A DNA stretch of 57,475 bases from an uncultured Gammaproteobacteria bacterium (GTDB lineage: Bacteria; Patescibacteriota; Microgenomatia; Daviesbacterales; UBA10151): the NCBI GenBank assembly GCA_964500725.1, contig CAZCNP010000003.1, forward strand, positions 1 through 57,475. Reading direction: 5' to 3'. Below the pieces are notes generated by a model, which made no database searches, was not told where the DNA came from, and saw only the letters and a list, made by a program, of their open reading frames with translations. This document shows positions 1 through 9,487 of this stretch, piece by piece (the first letter of the stretch is position 1; every line of letters starts with the position of its first letter). Made by a program: the position numbers and the translations under genes.

Positions 1-40
1 TGAGTAATTCGAATATATCAAATTACTTAACTACATTATG

Positions 41-51
41 AAAGGAGGTGA
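41..51 (+). promoter_or_regulatory. Shine-Dalgarno site for first repeat-protein gene
   Basis: AAAGGAGGTGA ends 8 nt before the ATG at 60, supporting that start over GTG at 48. Confidence 0.7.
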
Positions 52-59
52 AAAAGAAA

Positions 60-1358
60 ATGATTAAAAAAATAAGTTCAGCAATTGCGACTCTATCCCT
101 CCTATTTTACTCATTTGCAATACCAGCTTTTGCCCAAACTGTAACTTTAGAAGTTTCCGGCAATGGAGCAGGTTCTGAAAATGAGGTAGAAGTGGAAACC
201 ACAACAGAAACTACGGTAGTCCAAGAGAACAATGCCAACATTGTAAATAATATCGAAGCAGAAGCAAAAACTGGAGACAATGAGGCAGAAGACAATACAG
301 GCGGAGATGTCTCTATTGAGACAGGAGATGCAACAACAGAGGTAACTGTCAGTAATCAAGCAAATACTAACACTGCTGATGTAAGTTGTTCAAACTGCAC
401 AGGCGATATTAGCGCCACAGTCTCAGGCAATGGCTCAAATTCAGAAAATGAAATCGAGGTCGAAAATGAGCAGAATACCGAAGTTTACCAAAACAATACT
501 GCCTATATCACAAATAATATCGAAGCAGAAGCAAAAACTGGAGACAATGAGGCAGAGGACAATACAGGCGGAGATGTCTCTATTACAACAGGCAACGCAG
601 ATACGTCTGTTACAGTCAGCAATCTGGCAAATGCCAATGTGGCGAGTGTAGGCGGAGGAGGAACCCAAGGAGCTTTAAGCGCTTGGATAACCGGCAATGG
701 CTCAGATTCAGAAAATGAAATCGAGCTGGATTTGGATAGATCTGTGCTTCTTGTCCAGGAAAATAGGGCTGATATCAGAAACTATATCGAAGCAGAAGCA
801 GAAACTGGAGACAATGAGGCAGAAGACAATACAGGCGGAGATGTCAGTATTGATACAGGCGATGCTACTACTACAGTTGATGTTAACAATGAGGCTAACT
901 TTAACTGGGCAGATGTTGAGTGTTGTTTATTCGATATCTTAGCCAAGATTTCCGGCAACGGTTCTGATTCAGAAAATGAAATCGAGGCAGAAATCGAAAA
1001 CACCTTAGAGCTCTTCCAGGAGAATTGTGGCAAAGATCATGTCGAATCGTTGTTTAACAGCAATAACCGCCATAACTGCGGGATTGAAAACGATATCGAG
1101 GCAGAAGCAGAAACTGGAGACAATGATCCTGATGGCAATACAGGCCCAGCGGTACTTGATCCAGTTGAAGTTACAACTGGCAATGCCGAATCAACAGTGG
1201 AAGTTAACAACTCTACTGGTGCTAACATCTTCAGCCAAGGAAATGCAACTTTGCAAGACGGACTAAATAGCCTATTTGAAGGTTTAAATCTTGATTTTAA
1301 TTTCAGTTTTAACCTTGAGGCTCTTTTAGCACTGCTGCAAAGCCAACTGGCTGGTTAA
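60..1358 (+). CDS. secreted acidic repeat protein (GNG..S.N / TGDN...NTGGDVSI.TG.A repeats), putative fibre or surface subunit
   Basis: Signal peptide ending AFA-Q; four ~75-80 aa repeats; Cys pairs (CSNC, ECC); no C-terminal TM. Confidence 0.75.
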   Translation: MIKKISSAIATLSLLFYSFAIPAFAQTVTLEVSGNGAGSENEVEVETTTETTVVQENNANIVNNIEAEAKTGDNEAEDNTGGDVSIETGDATTEVTVSNQANTNTADVSCSNCTGDISATVSGNGSNSENEIEVENEQNTEVYQNNTAYITNNIEAEAKTGDNEAEDNTGGDVSITTGNADTSVTVSNLANANVASVGGGGTQGALSAWITGNGSDSENEIELDLDRSVLLVQENRADIRNYIEAEAETGDNEAEDNTGGDVSIDTGDATTTVDVNNEANFNWADVECCLFDILAKISGNGSDSENEIEAEIENTLELFQENCGKDHVESLFNSNNRHNCGIENDIEAEAETGDNDPDGNTGPAVLDPVEVTTGNAESTVEVNNSTGANIFSQGNATLQDGLNSLFEGLNLDFNFSFNLEALLALLQSQLAG

Positions 1359-1372
1359 AAGAAATTTTGGAT

Positions 1373-1413
1373 TGTAGGGTGTTTTAGTTTGCACTTCGAC
1401 AAAACACCCTGCA
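1373..1413 (+). terminator. intergenic hairpin (terminator or mRNA-stabilising)
   Basis: TGTAGGGTGTTTT pairs with AAAACACCCTGCA. Confidence 0.6.
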
Positions 1414-1439
1414 CCAAAGAAAGGAAATTAGATTAAAAA

Positions 1440-3611
1440 ATGATAAAGACTGTCAGAAAAATAATAGCTATCTTAACAATTAGTGTATTGTTACTTTCTC
1501 AAACAATAAGCATATCAGCTTTTGAGGCTCCCACCCCGCCTCCAGAACCTACTGCTCCAACCTTGGAAGAAACCCAAAGTTCGCCCCCGCCCGCACCAGA
1601 GGCGCCAACAGCCCCCTCGTCCTCAGACACCATTGATCCTGCTCCTACTGCTGCACCAGAACCTGCTGAGACTGAGGAAACCAACCAGGAGGAAAAACAA
1701 CAAACAGAGTCTATACAACCCCAAGATAGCCAAACTGGACAAGTAGATTCTAATGGCAATGTAGGCGATACCACCATCCAAACCGGCGATGGCTTGACAA
1801 CAGGCTTTCTCACCAACGAAGTAAATAATAATGCAGCAACACAAGAACAAGATCCAAGCCCTTTAAGTGACAGTAGCGCAGAAAATACTAACAATGGTTC
1901 GGATTCAACCAACTCAGCCTCATCTGAAACTACCTCCAGCACCACCCTTATCCAGGATAACGTTGCTACTGTTGGAAATAATATGGAATTAACTACAACT
2001 ACCGGCGAATCCTCTGCCTCTCAAAACGTAGGCAACTCAACCATCACCACCGGTGATGCCAACGTTAGCGGCACACTTTTAACTATGGCCAACTCTAATG
2101 TGGCAGGGCTAGCTGTTTCCGAATTTAATATTGTTGACGATATTGAAGGAGATTACATCTTAGACTTTGCAGAAGGATGTATTTTAGGATGCGACGTCTT
2201 TGATTCTGCTTATGTTACAAATACCGGCAACGGCGAAGATTCTACTAATGATGCTGCAGTAAGTCAAAATATAGATAATCAAACTTTCCAAAACAACGAA
2301 GCAATTTTAGAAAATAACTTGGATTTTACAGCCAACTCAGGAGACAACCAGACTGATCAAAATACAGGCGGAGATTCTACCATCACTACAGGAGATGCAA
2401 ATATCTCAGCCAGCGTTGTCAACTTTTTAAACAGCAATCTTGCAGGCAACATTCTTTTAGGTGTGGTAAATATCTTTGGTGATTTAATTGGCGATATTAT
2501 CTTGCCTGAGGAGATATTAAACGCGCCTCTTACCAGCGCGACCAATACTGCCAATGGCTCAGACTCGACCAACACTGCACTTGTTGACAACACAATTGAT
2601 AATACCACCTTTCAAACTAATGATGCCTTAATACAAAACAACTTAGATTTTACAGCAAATACCGGAGACAACCAGACGAATAAAAATACCGGCGGCAATT
2701 CCAGCATAGAAACAGGAGAAGCCAATATTGAATCACAAACTCTCAATATTGTAAATTCCAATATAGACGGCGGAAATTGGTGGCTGGTGCTGGTAAACAA
2801 GGCAGGAGAGTGGGTAGGAAAGATTTTGGGAACAGAAGATGGGTCAAACATAGCCGGCTCCCAAGGAACAGAGTTTTCAGTAGATCCTAATGGAGATATT
2901 ACAGTAACTAATCAGGGAAATGGAACAGAGTCTACAAATACTACCTCTGCAACCTCCAGCAGCACAACTACTACTGTTCAAGATAATATTGCCCGAATTA
3001 TCAACAATATAAATTTGTTTGCAAATACAGGAGGAAATAGCGCCTCGCAAAATACAGGCGGAGATTCTACCATCACTACAGGCGATGCTAATATTGTAGC
3101 CAGTCTAGTAAATTTTATAAACAATAATATAGTAGGAAATGGTCGGCTAACAATTACTATAGTTAATGTATTTGGCAGCTGGATTGGCGATTTTGTTACA
3201 CCAGGCAATGAAAAAGAAAAAGACCAAATAGTTGAAAGTCTACAAAATACTGATAGCCCTCCGAATTCAACTGATAATACAAACCAGGAATATTCTCCTG
3301 TGCCTGTAATAACGCAAAATACAAACTTAAGCTCAGAAAACTCTTCAAGCTCAGTGGAAGGCAAACAGAACTCTTCTGCAAACCTATTACCATCCCCTAC
3401 CCTTGTTCCTCTATCACAAAACTCCTATCAAGGAACAGCACAAGTGGCTGGCTTAAAGATTACAGCAAATAACCCAGCAACCCCTTCAAACAGTACGCAG
3501 GATAACCAACTGAAAAATATCAAGAAAAAGATTAACATCAATCTTGCTTGGTTGCTAACCTTAGCCCCCTTTGCCGGAATATCTTTCCTGATAAAAAAGA
3601 GGCTAAAATGA
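1440..3611 (+). CDS. secreted repeat protein paralog with Pro-rich N-terminus and C-terminal membrane anchor
   Basis: Signal peptide; same TGDN..NTGG..I.TG.A repeats; ends in LAWLLTLAPFAGISFLI plus KKRLK. Confidence 0.75.
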   Translation: MIKTVRKIIAILTISVLLLSQTISISAFEAPTPPPEPTAPTLEETQSSPPPAPEAPTAPSSSDTIDPAPTAAPEPAETEETNQEEKQQTESIQPQDSQTGQVDSNGNVGDTTIQTGDGLTTGFLTNEVNNNAATQEQDPSPLSDSSAENTNNGSDSTNSASSETTSSTTLIQDNVATVGNNMELTTTTGESSASQNVGNSTITTGDANVSGTLLTMANSNVAGLAVSEFNIVDDIEGDYILDFAEGCILGCDVFDSAYVTNTGNGEDSTNDAAVSQNIDNQTFQNNEAILENNLDFTANSGDNQTDQNTGGDSTITTGDANISASVVNFLNSNLAGNILLGVVNIFGDLIGDIILPEEILNAPLTSATNTANGSDSTNTALVDNTIDNTTFQTNDALIQNNLDFTANTGDNQTNKNTGGNSSIETGEANIESQTLNIVNSNIDGGNWWLVLVNKAGEWVGKILGTEDGSNIAGSQGTEFSVDPNGDITVTNQGNGTESTNTTSATSSSTTTTVQDNIARIINNINLFANTGGNSASQNTGGDSTITTGDANIVASLVNFINNNIVGNGRLTITIVNVFGSWIGDFVTPGNEKEKDQIVESLQNTDSPPNSTDNTNQEYSPVPVITQNTNLSSENSSSSVEGKQNSSANLLPSPTLVPLSQNSYQGTAQVAGLKITANNPATPSNSTQDNQLKNIKKKININLAWLLTLAPFAGISFLIKKRLK

Positions 3612-4807
3612 TTAGCACAGTTAAAACATTTACAGCAGGGCTATTTATTTTACTGTTTACCCTTACTTTAGGGCTTAAACCAGTATGGGCAGAAGAGCTA
3701 ATAATTTCAGGCAATGGGGAAAATTCTCAAAATGCAGTTTCAGTTACCACCAACACCGATACCACCATTGAACAATCAAATAATACCCAAATTACCAATG
3801 ACGTTAACCTAAGCGCAGATACAGGCAGCAATCAAACCTCAGACAACAGCGGCGGCGCAACAATCACTACCGGAGATGCAACTGAACAATCAACCATAGA
3901 AAATAGCGCCAGCAGCTCCCAGGTTACTTCTGAATGCTGTTTGTCTCCTACTCCCCAGGCTATCATCTCTGCTAATGGGTCTGACTCCACCAACTCTATT
4001 ACGGCCAATCAGACAAACCAGACAGAAGTTACAGTCAGTCAAACCGCCAATATTAACAATACCACAGACGGACAAGCCAATACTGGAGGCAATGAGGCAA
4101 GCAGCAACGGAGGCAACGTTTCTATTAATACTGGCAATATCAATGCAGAAGAAAATATTCAAAACTCTAGCATCAACTCAACTGATATTACTATACCTCA
4201 AGGCGGAAGGAACAACTGGTCTGCAAGTATTTCCGACAATGGATCTGACTCCACCAACTCTATTAATCTTGATCTGATAAACCAAAACAGTATTACCATC
4301 AATAACGAAGCAAATATTGAAAACAACAGCCACTGGAATTTAAATACCGGAGGAAATTTTGCAAATGGAAATTTGGGCGATGTTGCAATTACTACAGGAG
4401 ATATTGATTTTAGTTCCGCTATAGAAAACGCGTTCATTAACATTAGCGAGGTTGCTTTGATTTGCTGCGCTGCTCCCTCCCCATCCCCTTCACCCTCCTC
4501 CAGCCCTTCCCCTTCGCCTAGCCCCAATCCCTCTGGTGGAGAAAATAACGAAGAAGATCCACCAGAAATAACTAGTAGCATATCCGGTGGAGGTAGTGCT
4601 GGGGCAAGTGGAGAACCATCTGAGGACGCCGCTATAACTGGAGCAGTCTTAGGAGCATCTGCCCTAGGAGAAGTCCTGGCTGCAGCTGGTAATGCATGGT
4701 TGCTGCTTTTAACAATCTTAGCGCTGTTAAGTCTAGTGGTCGGATTATACTTTCGTTTTGGCCCCTTACCTAAAATCCAAATTAAACGTTTAAAATTCGC
4801 TTTGTGA
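3608..4807 (+). CDS. secreted repeat protein paralog with putative sortase sorting signal
   Basis: ATG overlaps upstream TGA (ATGA); signal peptide; repeats; (PS)n linker; VLG then LAAAG, a hydrophobic helix and a basic tail. Confidence 0.75.
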   Translation: MISTVKTFTAGLFILLFTLTLGLKPVWAEELIISGNGENSQNAVSVTTNTDTTIEQSNNTQITNDVNLSADTGSNQTSDNSGGATITTGDATEQSTIENSASSSQVTSECCLSPTPQAIISANGSDSTNSITANQTNQTEVTVSQTANINNTTDGQANTGGNEASSNGGNVSINTGNINAEENIQNSSINSTDITIPQGGRNNWSASISDNGSDSTNSINLDLINQNSITINNEANIENNSHWNLNTGGNFANGNLGDVAITTGDIDFSSAIENAFINISEVALICCAAPSPSPSPSSSPSPSPSPNPSGGENNEEDPPEITSSISGGGSAGASGEPSEDAAITGAVLGASALGEVLAAAGNAWLLLLTILALLSLVVGLYFRFGPLPKIQIKRLKFAL

Positions 4808-5334
4808 GAAACCGAAAGACTCGCCACCTGTTAGGCAACATCTTAATTTTGGCTTCAGTTTTCATACTGCTTTTTACTTACTACCCTTTTATTAAACTTT
4901 ATTTTTCCTCTTCTATGGTCTCTTCCCAAAACACCGGGTATTTCATAGCCATTCCCAAAATAAACGCCTACGCCCCCATCATCCCCAACATTAACCCTTG
5001 GCAAAAAAGTGATTACCTAAAAGCTTTATCGCAAGGAGTAGCAGCAACCCAAGGCAATCCTTGGTTCCTATTTGCCCACTCATCTGACCTGCCTTGGAAA
5101 ATAACCCGCTATAATACTGCCTTTTTAAGGCTAGGTGAGCTTCAAAAAGGAGACCAAATTATTATTAATAAATACGGCACTAGATACCAATACGAAGTTG
5201 TGGAAAAAAGAGAAGTCTGGCCTGATCAAGTCCAGCACATCAAAGAAGCTGGACCGAATCGCTTAATACTAATGACTTGTACCCCGATTGGCACCTCCTT
5301 GAAAAGATTACTAATTTTTGCCCGCCCACTTTAA
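4804..5334 (+). CDS. sortase
   Basis: N-terminal TM; FAHSS His, LMTCTP Cys and downstream KR Arg form the sortase triad; GTGA overlap with upstream gene. Confidence 0.88.
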   Translation: MRNRKTRHLLGNILILASVFILLFTYYPFIKLYFSSSMVSSQNTGYFIAIPKINAYAPIIPNINPWQKSDYLKALSQGVAATQGNPWFLFAHSSDLPWKITRYNTAFLRLGELQKGDQIIINKYGTRYQYEVVEKREVWPDQVQHIKEAGPNRLILMTCTPIGTSLKRLLIFARPL

Positions 5335-5367
5335 TATCTTCTCGTGTAATATACTAGAATAAACATT

Positions 5368-6711
5368 ATGTATAAACGATATCTTATCGTTTTGGTTATT
5401 CTTTTGGGATTATTTTTATTCTGGTCTTATCAGGGAATTGTTAATACAGGCATACATGTTGATTTGGCAAGAGATTTAAACTTCCTATCTGATATCTGGA
5501 TCCATAAGATTGTATGGCTTGGTCCGATGACCAGCGCTAATTTTCCTGCCAGCCCAATCTATTATTATTTGCTTTTCCCAGGACTATTGCTAAGCGGAGG
5601 AAACGCGCTATCTTTGATTGTTTCCCAAGCTTTCTTTGCCCTTTTAGGACTTGGATTATTCGCCTACTTCCAAATTAAAAGGTCTTTAATTTCTGCATTA
5701 CTGGTCATACTGGCAATTGGTCTTTCTCCCTGGTGGATTAAGGCCTCGTCTGCTCCTTGGAATGGATATATGTATGTATCCTGGATATTTTTGGGATTAA
5801 CTAGCCTGTGGTTTAAAGGCCCAATTTTTGTATCAGCTTTATTGTTTGGGATAGCCATAGCTATTAACCCCGTGGCAATTTTAGGGCTACCTGTATTATT
5901 TTATGAATGGATTGCAAATACACAAAAAGTAAGGAAGTTATTCTATATTCTGCTGGGATTATTGCTACCCTGGACCCCAATCATTATTTTTGAAGTTATT
6001 ACCAAAGCTTTTTTAACACGCCAATGGTTAGAACATCCCTCTACAGCAGGGATTGTTTTTGATCCAAACTTATCAAATATCAGCCCCTTACTAAACAGCT
6101 TCAATCTGTCTTCGATTGTGGCAATTATTATTCTATTCACATCTTTTTTTATAGGCAGCAAAAGAGCAAAGTTTTGGATTATATTTGCTAGTCTTCCGAT
6201 TATATTTGTTTTCTCTGTTACCCCCCTTAGACAATATTATCTATTCGGTCTTATGAGCGCCCTAACTTTCACTATTGTAACTACACTATCATCACATATG
6301 CTTGGTAAAATTATCCTTACTCTTTTCATCCTTTCATACCTGCAAGTAATTACACTGCCTCCTCTGGTCTTGGCTGGACGCTCAATAATCAGAATGGATA
6401 ATATGGTAAGCACCTTTATACAAAAGAGCAACTTAGATAAAACCAAAAAATATGCTGTTGTTTCCCTTAGGGATTTACAGAATTCTACCCCACAAGCAGA
6501 TGATTTCAGATTCTTTTTAAGAATAAAGGGGGTTAATGCTTTAAGTATTGATGACTACCCAAAAGCTGATATTTTACTGCTTTTTATTGAAGTTCCCAAC
6601 TTTAAATGGCAAAATTGGGATGACTGGCATATACAAAGATTTGGCAGCAGGAAATTCATCTCCAATCAAAATATTGATGGTATAGAGGTAATAATGTATA
6701 GCAGGGATTAA
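5368..6711 (+). CDS. polytopic membrane glycosyltransferase (GT-C/PMT-like)
   Basis: Many TM helices; DLARD and LGP..S...PIYYYLLFP motifs typical of GT-C. Confidence 0.7.
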   Translation: MYKRYLIVLVILLGLFLFWSYQGIVNTGIHVDLARDLNFLSDIWIHKIVWLGPMTSANFPASPIYYYLLFPGLLLSGGNALSLIVSQAFFALLGLGLFAYFQIKRSLISALLVILAIGLSPWWIKASSAPWNGYMYVSWIFLGLTSLWFKGPIFVSALLFGIAIAINPVAILGLPVLFYEWIANTQKVRKLFYILLGLLLPWTPIIIFEVITKAFLTRQWLEHPSTAGIVFDPNLSNISPLLNSFNLSSIVAIIILFTSFFIGSKRAKFWIIFASLPIIFVFSVTPLRQYYLFGLMSALTFTIVTTLSSHMLGKIILTLFILSYLQVITLPPLVLAGRSIIRMDNMVSTFIQKSNLDKTKKYAVVSLRDLQNSTPQADDFRFFLRIKGVNALSIDDYPKADILLLFIEVPNFKWQNWDDWHIQRFGSRKFISNQNIDGIEVIMYSRD

Positions 6712-7916
6712 GGAGAAACTGCATTGGCAGCATTGACACGCCCAGCAGACCAATAAGTTCCAGTTCCAGGTATTTTATCGGCTGTTGTTTGTAGTCGTGT
6801 CCTAACTTGAGAAGCCGAGGTTCCGTATGGTGTTGACCAAATAAGAGCTGCCACAGCTGAAGTCATTGGAGTGGCCATCGAGGTTCCTGAACCAAAATCA
6901 TAACCTAAGGATTTATTTATTTTATAAGAGTGGTTAGGAAAAGTGGAAAAGATATTTTCCCCAGGAGCTGCTACATCAACCCATTTGGCGCCATAGCTTG
7001 AAAATGCTGCTTTTTGATCTTTGTTATTAGTAGCAGCCACAGCAATTGCATTGGTATAAGCAGCCGGATAAGTCTTTGATCGGTTAGCTGAATTACCAGC
7101 AGCAGCTACAACTACGACATTTCTATCCCAAGCATAATTTACCGCCCTTTCCAAAGTTGTAGATCTTACTGATCCTCCAAGGCTCATATTGATTACTTTG
7201 GCTCCATTGTCTGTTGCCCAAGTAATACCATTTGCTATCCAGGAGTAGGCCCCTGAACCGCTGTCATTTAACACCTTCCCGTTCATTAACTGACAATCAG
7301 GACAACCACCTGCAACACCTATGTTGTTATCAGTAACAGCTGCAACTATCCCTCCAACATGAGTTCCATGTCCATATAAATCATCAATCGTAGAAGAATC
7401 AGTAAAATTTCTTTGCGTGGTGATCTTTGAAGATAAATCTTCATGGTCTTGATCGATACCAGTATCTAAAATAGCCACTTTTACTCCACCGGCAGTTATA
7501 TCCCAGCCAGCAGGTCCATCAATATCTGCATCAACTACTCCAGCAACACCGGCAATAGTTTGTCCTGTATTTTCCAATCCCCATTGACTGCTGGCAAAGT
7601 ATGTATCATTCGGGGCAAGAAATACTTCAGCTAAATAATCTAATTCTGCATACTCTACATTAGGGTTTTTTGATAAAGCAGTAACTGCTTTTTCTTCTGC
7701 GGCTTGGGGAACCCGCAATACCAAAACTCCCAGAGCATCTAATTTATTAACTATCTGCCCACGGTTGTTTTTTAATTGATTATCTATTTCTTTCTGCGAA
7801 ACTCCCTCCTTAAACTTTACAAGAACTTGACCAGGAACATGGTCATTATTTTGAGCTTTTGCAACAGGATTGAAATTAAATATTCCTATGAGTAAAAATA
7901 TGAGTATCTTTTTCAC
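6708..7916 (-). CDS. secreted subtilisin/thermitase-like S8 serine protease
   Basis: VAILDTGI (Asp), HGTHVGG (His), GTSMATP (Ser); I9-like prodomain. Confidence 0.95.
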   Translation of the reverse strand: MKKILIFLLIGIFNFNPVAKAQNNDHVPGQVLVKFKEGVSQKEIDNQLKNNRGQIVNKLDALGVLVLRVPQAAEEKAVTALSKNPNVEYAELDYLAEVFLAPNDTYFASSQWGLENTGQTIAGVAGVVDADIDGPAGWDITAGGVKVAILDTGIDQDHEDLSSKITTQRNFTDSSTIDDLYGHGTHVGGIVAAVTDNNIGVAGGCPDCQLMNGKVLNDSGSGAYSWIANGITWATDNGAKVINMSLGGSVRSTTLERAVNYAWDRNVVVVAAAGNSANRSKTYPAAYTNAIAVAATNNKDQKAAFSSYGAKWVDVAAPGENIFSTFPNHSYKINKSLGYDFGSGTSMATPMTSAVAALIWSTPYGTSASQVRTRLQTTADKIPGTGTYWSAGRVNAANAVSP

Positions 7917-7954
7917 TTATCTTGATACTACCATAAATAAATGATTTTTGTGCA

Positions 7955-7976
7955 ATTATTACACAATTATTACAAT
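7955..7976 (+). promoter_or_regulatory. 11-bp-period direct repeat box ATTATTACA-N2-ATTATTACA
   Basis: Seen directly upstream of the protease gene; second copy at 8319-8340. Confidence 0.5.
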
Positions 7977-7988
7977 AGAGGAGAAAAT

Positions 7989-8243
7989 TCACACAGGGAG
8001 CGCATGTAAGCCTCTAATCAACCCCAGATATGTTTTATACTTCCCATATGGTAAAAGCTTCCAGGTAAACTTTTCCATATTACTCTGCTTTTCTAAAGAG
8101 AAAACCAGATAGGCTTTTTTCTCCTTGGCAAACTCTTCAGCTTCTTTTTTACCATCAAACATTTTTGAATAGATTTTTTTCGGATCATATTCAATCCAGA
8201 CCACTTTTATCTTGCCTTTTCCGTAAGGTATATATGTCATCAC
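7989..8243 (-). CDS. hypothetical protein
   Basis: 84-aa ORF filling intergenic space. Confidence 0.6.
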   Translation of the reverse strand: MMTYIPYGKGKIKVVWIEYDPKKIYSKMFDGKKEAEEFAKEKKAYLVFSLEKQSNMEKFTWKLLPYGKYKTYLGLIRGLHALPV

Positions 8244-8318
8244 CCCTACTAATTTACTTGGATTTTAATATTAATTAAATAGAATTTTGTAAGATTTAAG
8301 TAGGAATTGTTTTTTAAG

Positions 8319-8340
8319 ATTATTACAAGATTATTACAAT
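8319..8340 (+). promoter_or_regulatory. 11-bp-period direct repeat box (second copy)
   Basis: ATTATTACAAGATTATTACAAT upstream of gene at 8398. Confidence 0.5.
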
Positions 8341-8397
8341 AAAATTCTTGGTGATTAGATAAACTATTTTTAGATGAAAAGAAAGGGGGTGAAAAAT

Positions 8398-8865
8398 ATG
8401 AATATTAAAAAACTTATAGCTGGAGCGTCTGCAGGCGTAATAATGCTTAGCACTATGGCAATTCCAGCATTGGCTGTTCAACCAAATGGTCCTTCTGCTG
8501 TTAATGGTTTAGAACATCCTGGACAAGTATCTCAACTCTATCTTTATGAAAAAGATGCAAGTTGGAATGCAGTAGCCGGAGGTGCTTGGGGACAATTGAC
8601 CTTTGGTTCGGATTTTGTATTTAACGGTCATGGTTTACAACCAGATACAGAATATACATTGATTAGATATACTGATCCATGGCCAGGAAGTCCAGTATGC
8701 TTAGCATCCGGTACAAGTAATGCTGGTGGAAACATCAACTTGTCTGGTGCCATGTTAAGTGGTGGTCCTAAGATTTGGTTAGTGTTAACTAGCGATGTTA
8801 ACTGCGGAGTAGGAATGACTGGTTGGAATCCAGCAGAATATCTCTTTGAGTATAATACGATTTAA
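8398..8865 (+). CDS. secreted hypothetical protein
   Basis: SD-like AAAGGGGGTG before ATG 8398; signal peptide ending ALA. Confidence 0.75.
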   Translation: MNIKKLIAGASAGVIMLSTMAIPALAVQPNGPSAVNGLEHPGQVSQLYLYEKDASWNAVAGGAWGQLTFGSDFVFNGHGLQPDTEYTLIRYTDPWPGSPVCLASGTSNAGGNINLSGAMLSGGPKIWLVLTSDVNCGVGMTGWNPAEYLFEYNTI

Positions 8866-8888
8866 GATCGTTTACCAAAGGTTTCCGG

Positions 8889-8922
8889 ACAACCCATCAG
8901 GACTAAAAATCCGGTGGGTTGT
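8889..8922. terminator. hairpin between convergent genes
   Basis: ACAACCCATC pairs with GGTGGGTTGT. Confidence 0.55.
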
Positions 8923-9414
8923 TCATTTAGGCAACTCTCCACATGCGGTATAAACAGCAATTTCTTGATCTGATTTATGAATATTTAAAGCCATTGGGCT
9001 TTGTGCAGATTTGAGTTGATCCAAAGTTGTATCTATCTCAGTTACCGATCTTCCATCTACTACATTATTTAGTGGAAACAGGACTTCACCTACTCCAGGA
9101 CAAGAACCCAGATGAATATGTGCTGGCTGATTATTTAATTCATCAATTCGGTTTACCTCAACTGTCACGGTAACTTTACCATCCTTTTCTTCAAGAACTG
9201 CTTTGCCAGATTGATCAAATTGATCTCTATTTACTGGATTTAGGGTTACTTCCATTTTTTGTGGTTGTGGAGATATTGATGCTACTAGCCCTGGGCCACC
9301 CCCTACACCAGTTTGTCCAGGTTGAGTTGTTTGTTGATTATTTGCAAGAAGTAAAAAACCACCTATTACTACTACCGCAGCTACCACTACCCAAATAATA
9401 TAGCTATCTCTCAT
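8923..9414 (-). CDS. membrane-anchored CHRD-like/His-rich domain protein
   Basis: N-terminal TM; [10 protein letters not shown] and ALNIHKS motifs; terminal ACG. Confidence 0.6.
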   Translation of the reverse strand: MRDSYIIWVVVAAVVVIGGFLLLANNQQTTQPGQTGVGGGPGLVASISPQPQKMEVTLNPVNRDQFDQSGKAVLEEKDGKVTVTVEVNRIDELNNQPAHIHLGSCPGVGEVLFPLNNVVDGRSVTEIDTTLDQLKSAQSPMALNIHKSDQEIAVYTACGELPK

Positions 9415-9487
9415 AAAGTAGTTAAATTATGCAGCTTTGAGTTAACAAAGAGGTTAAAAGAAGCTAATAGTTTAGTAAGAAATTATT

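Noticed and set aside
4198-4827. 209-aa antisense ORF (also 1499-1945, 2978-3364)
   Set aside because: Shadows of low-complexity sense genes with no independent motifs.
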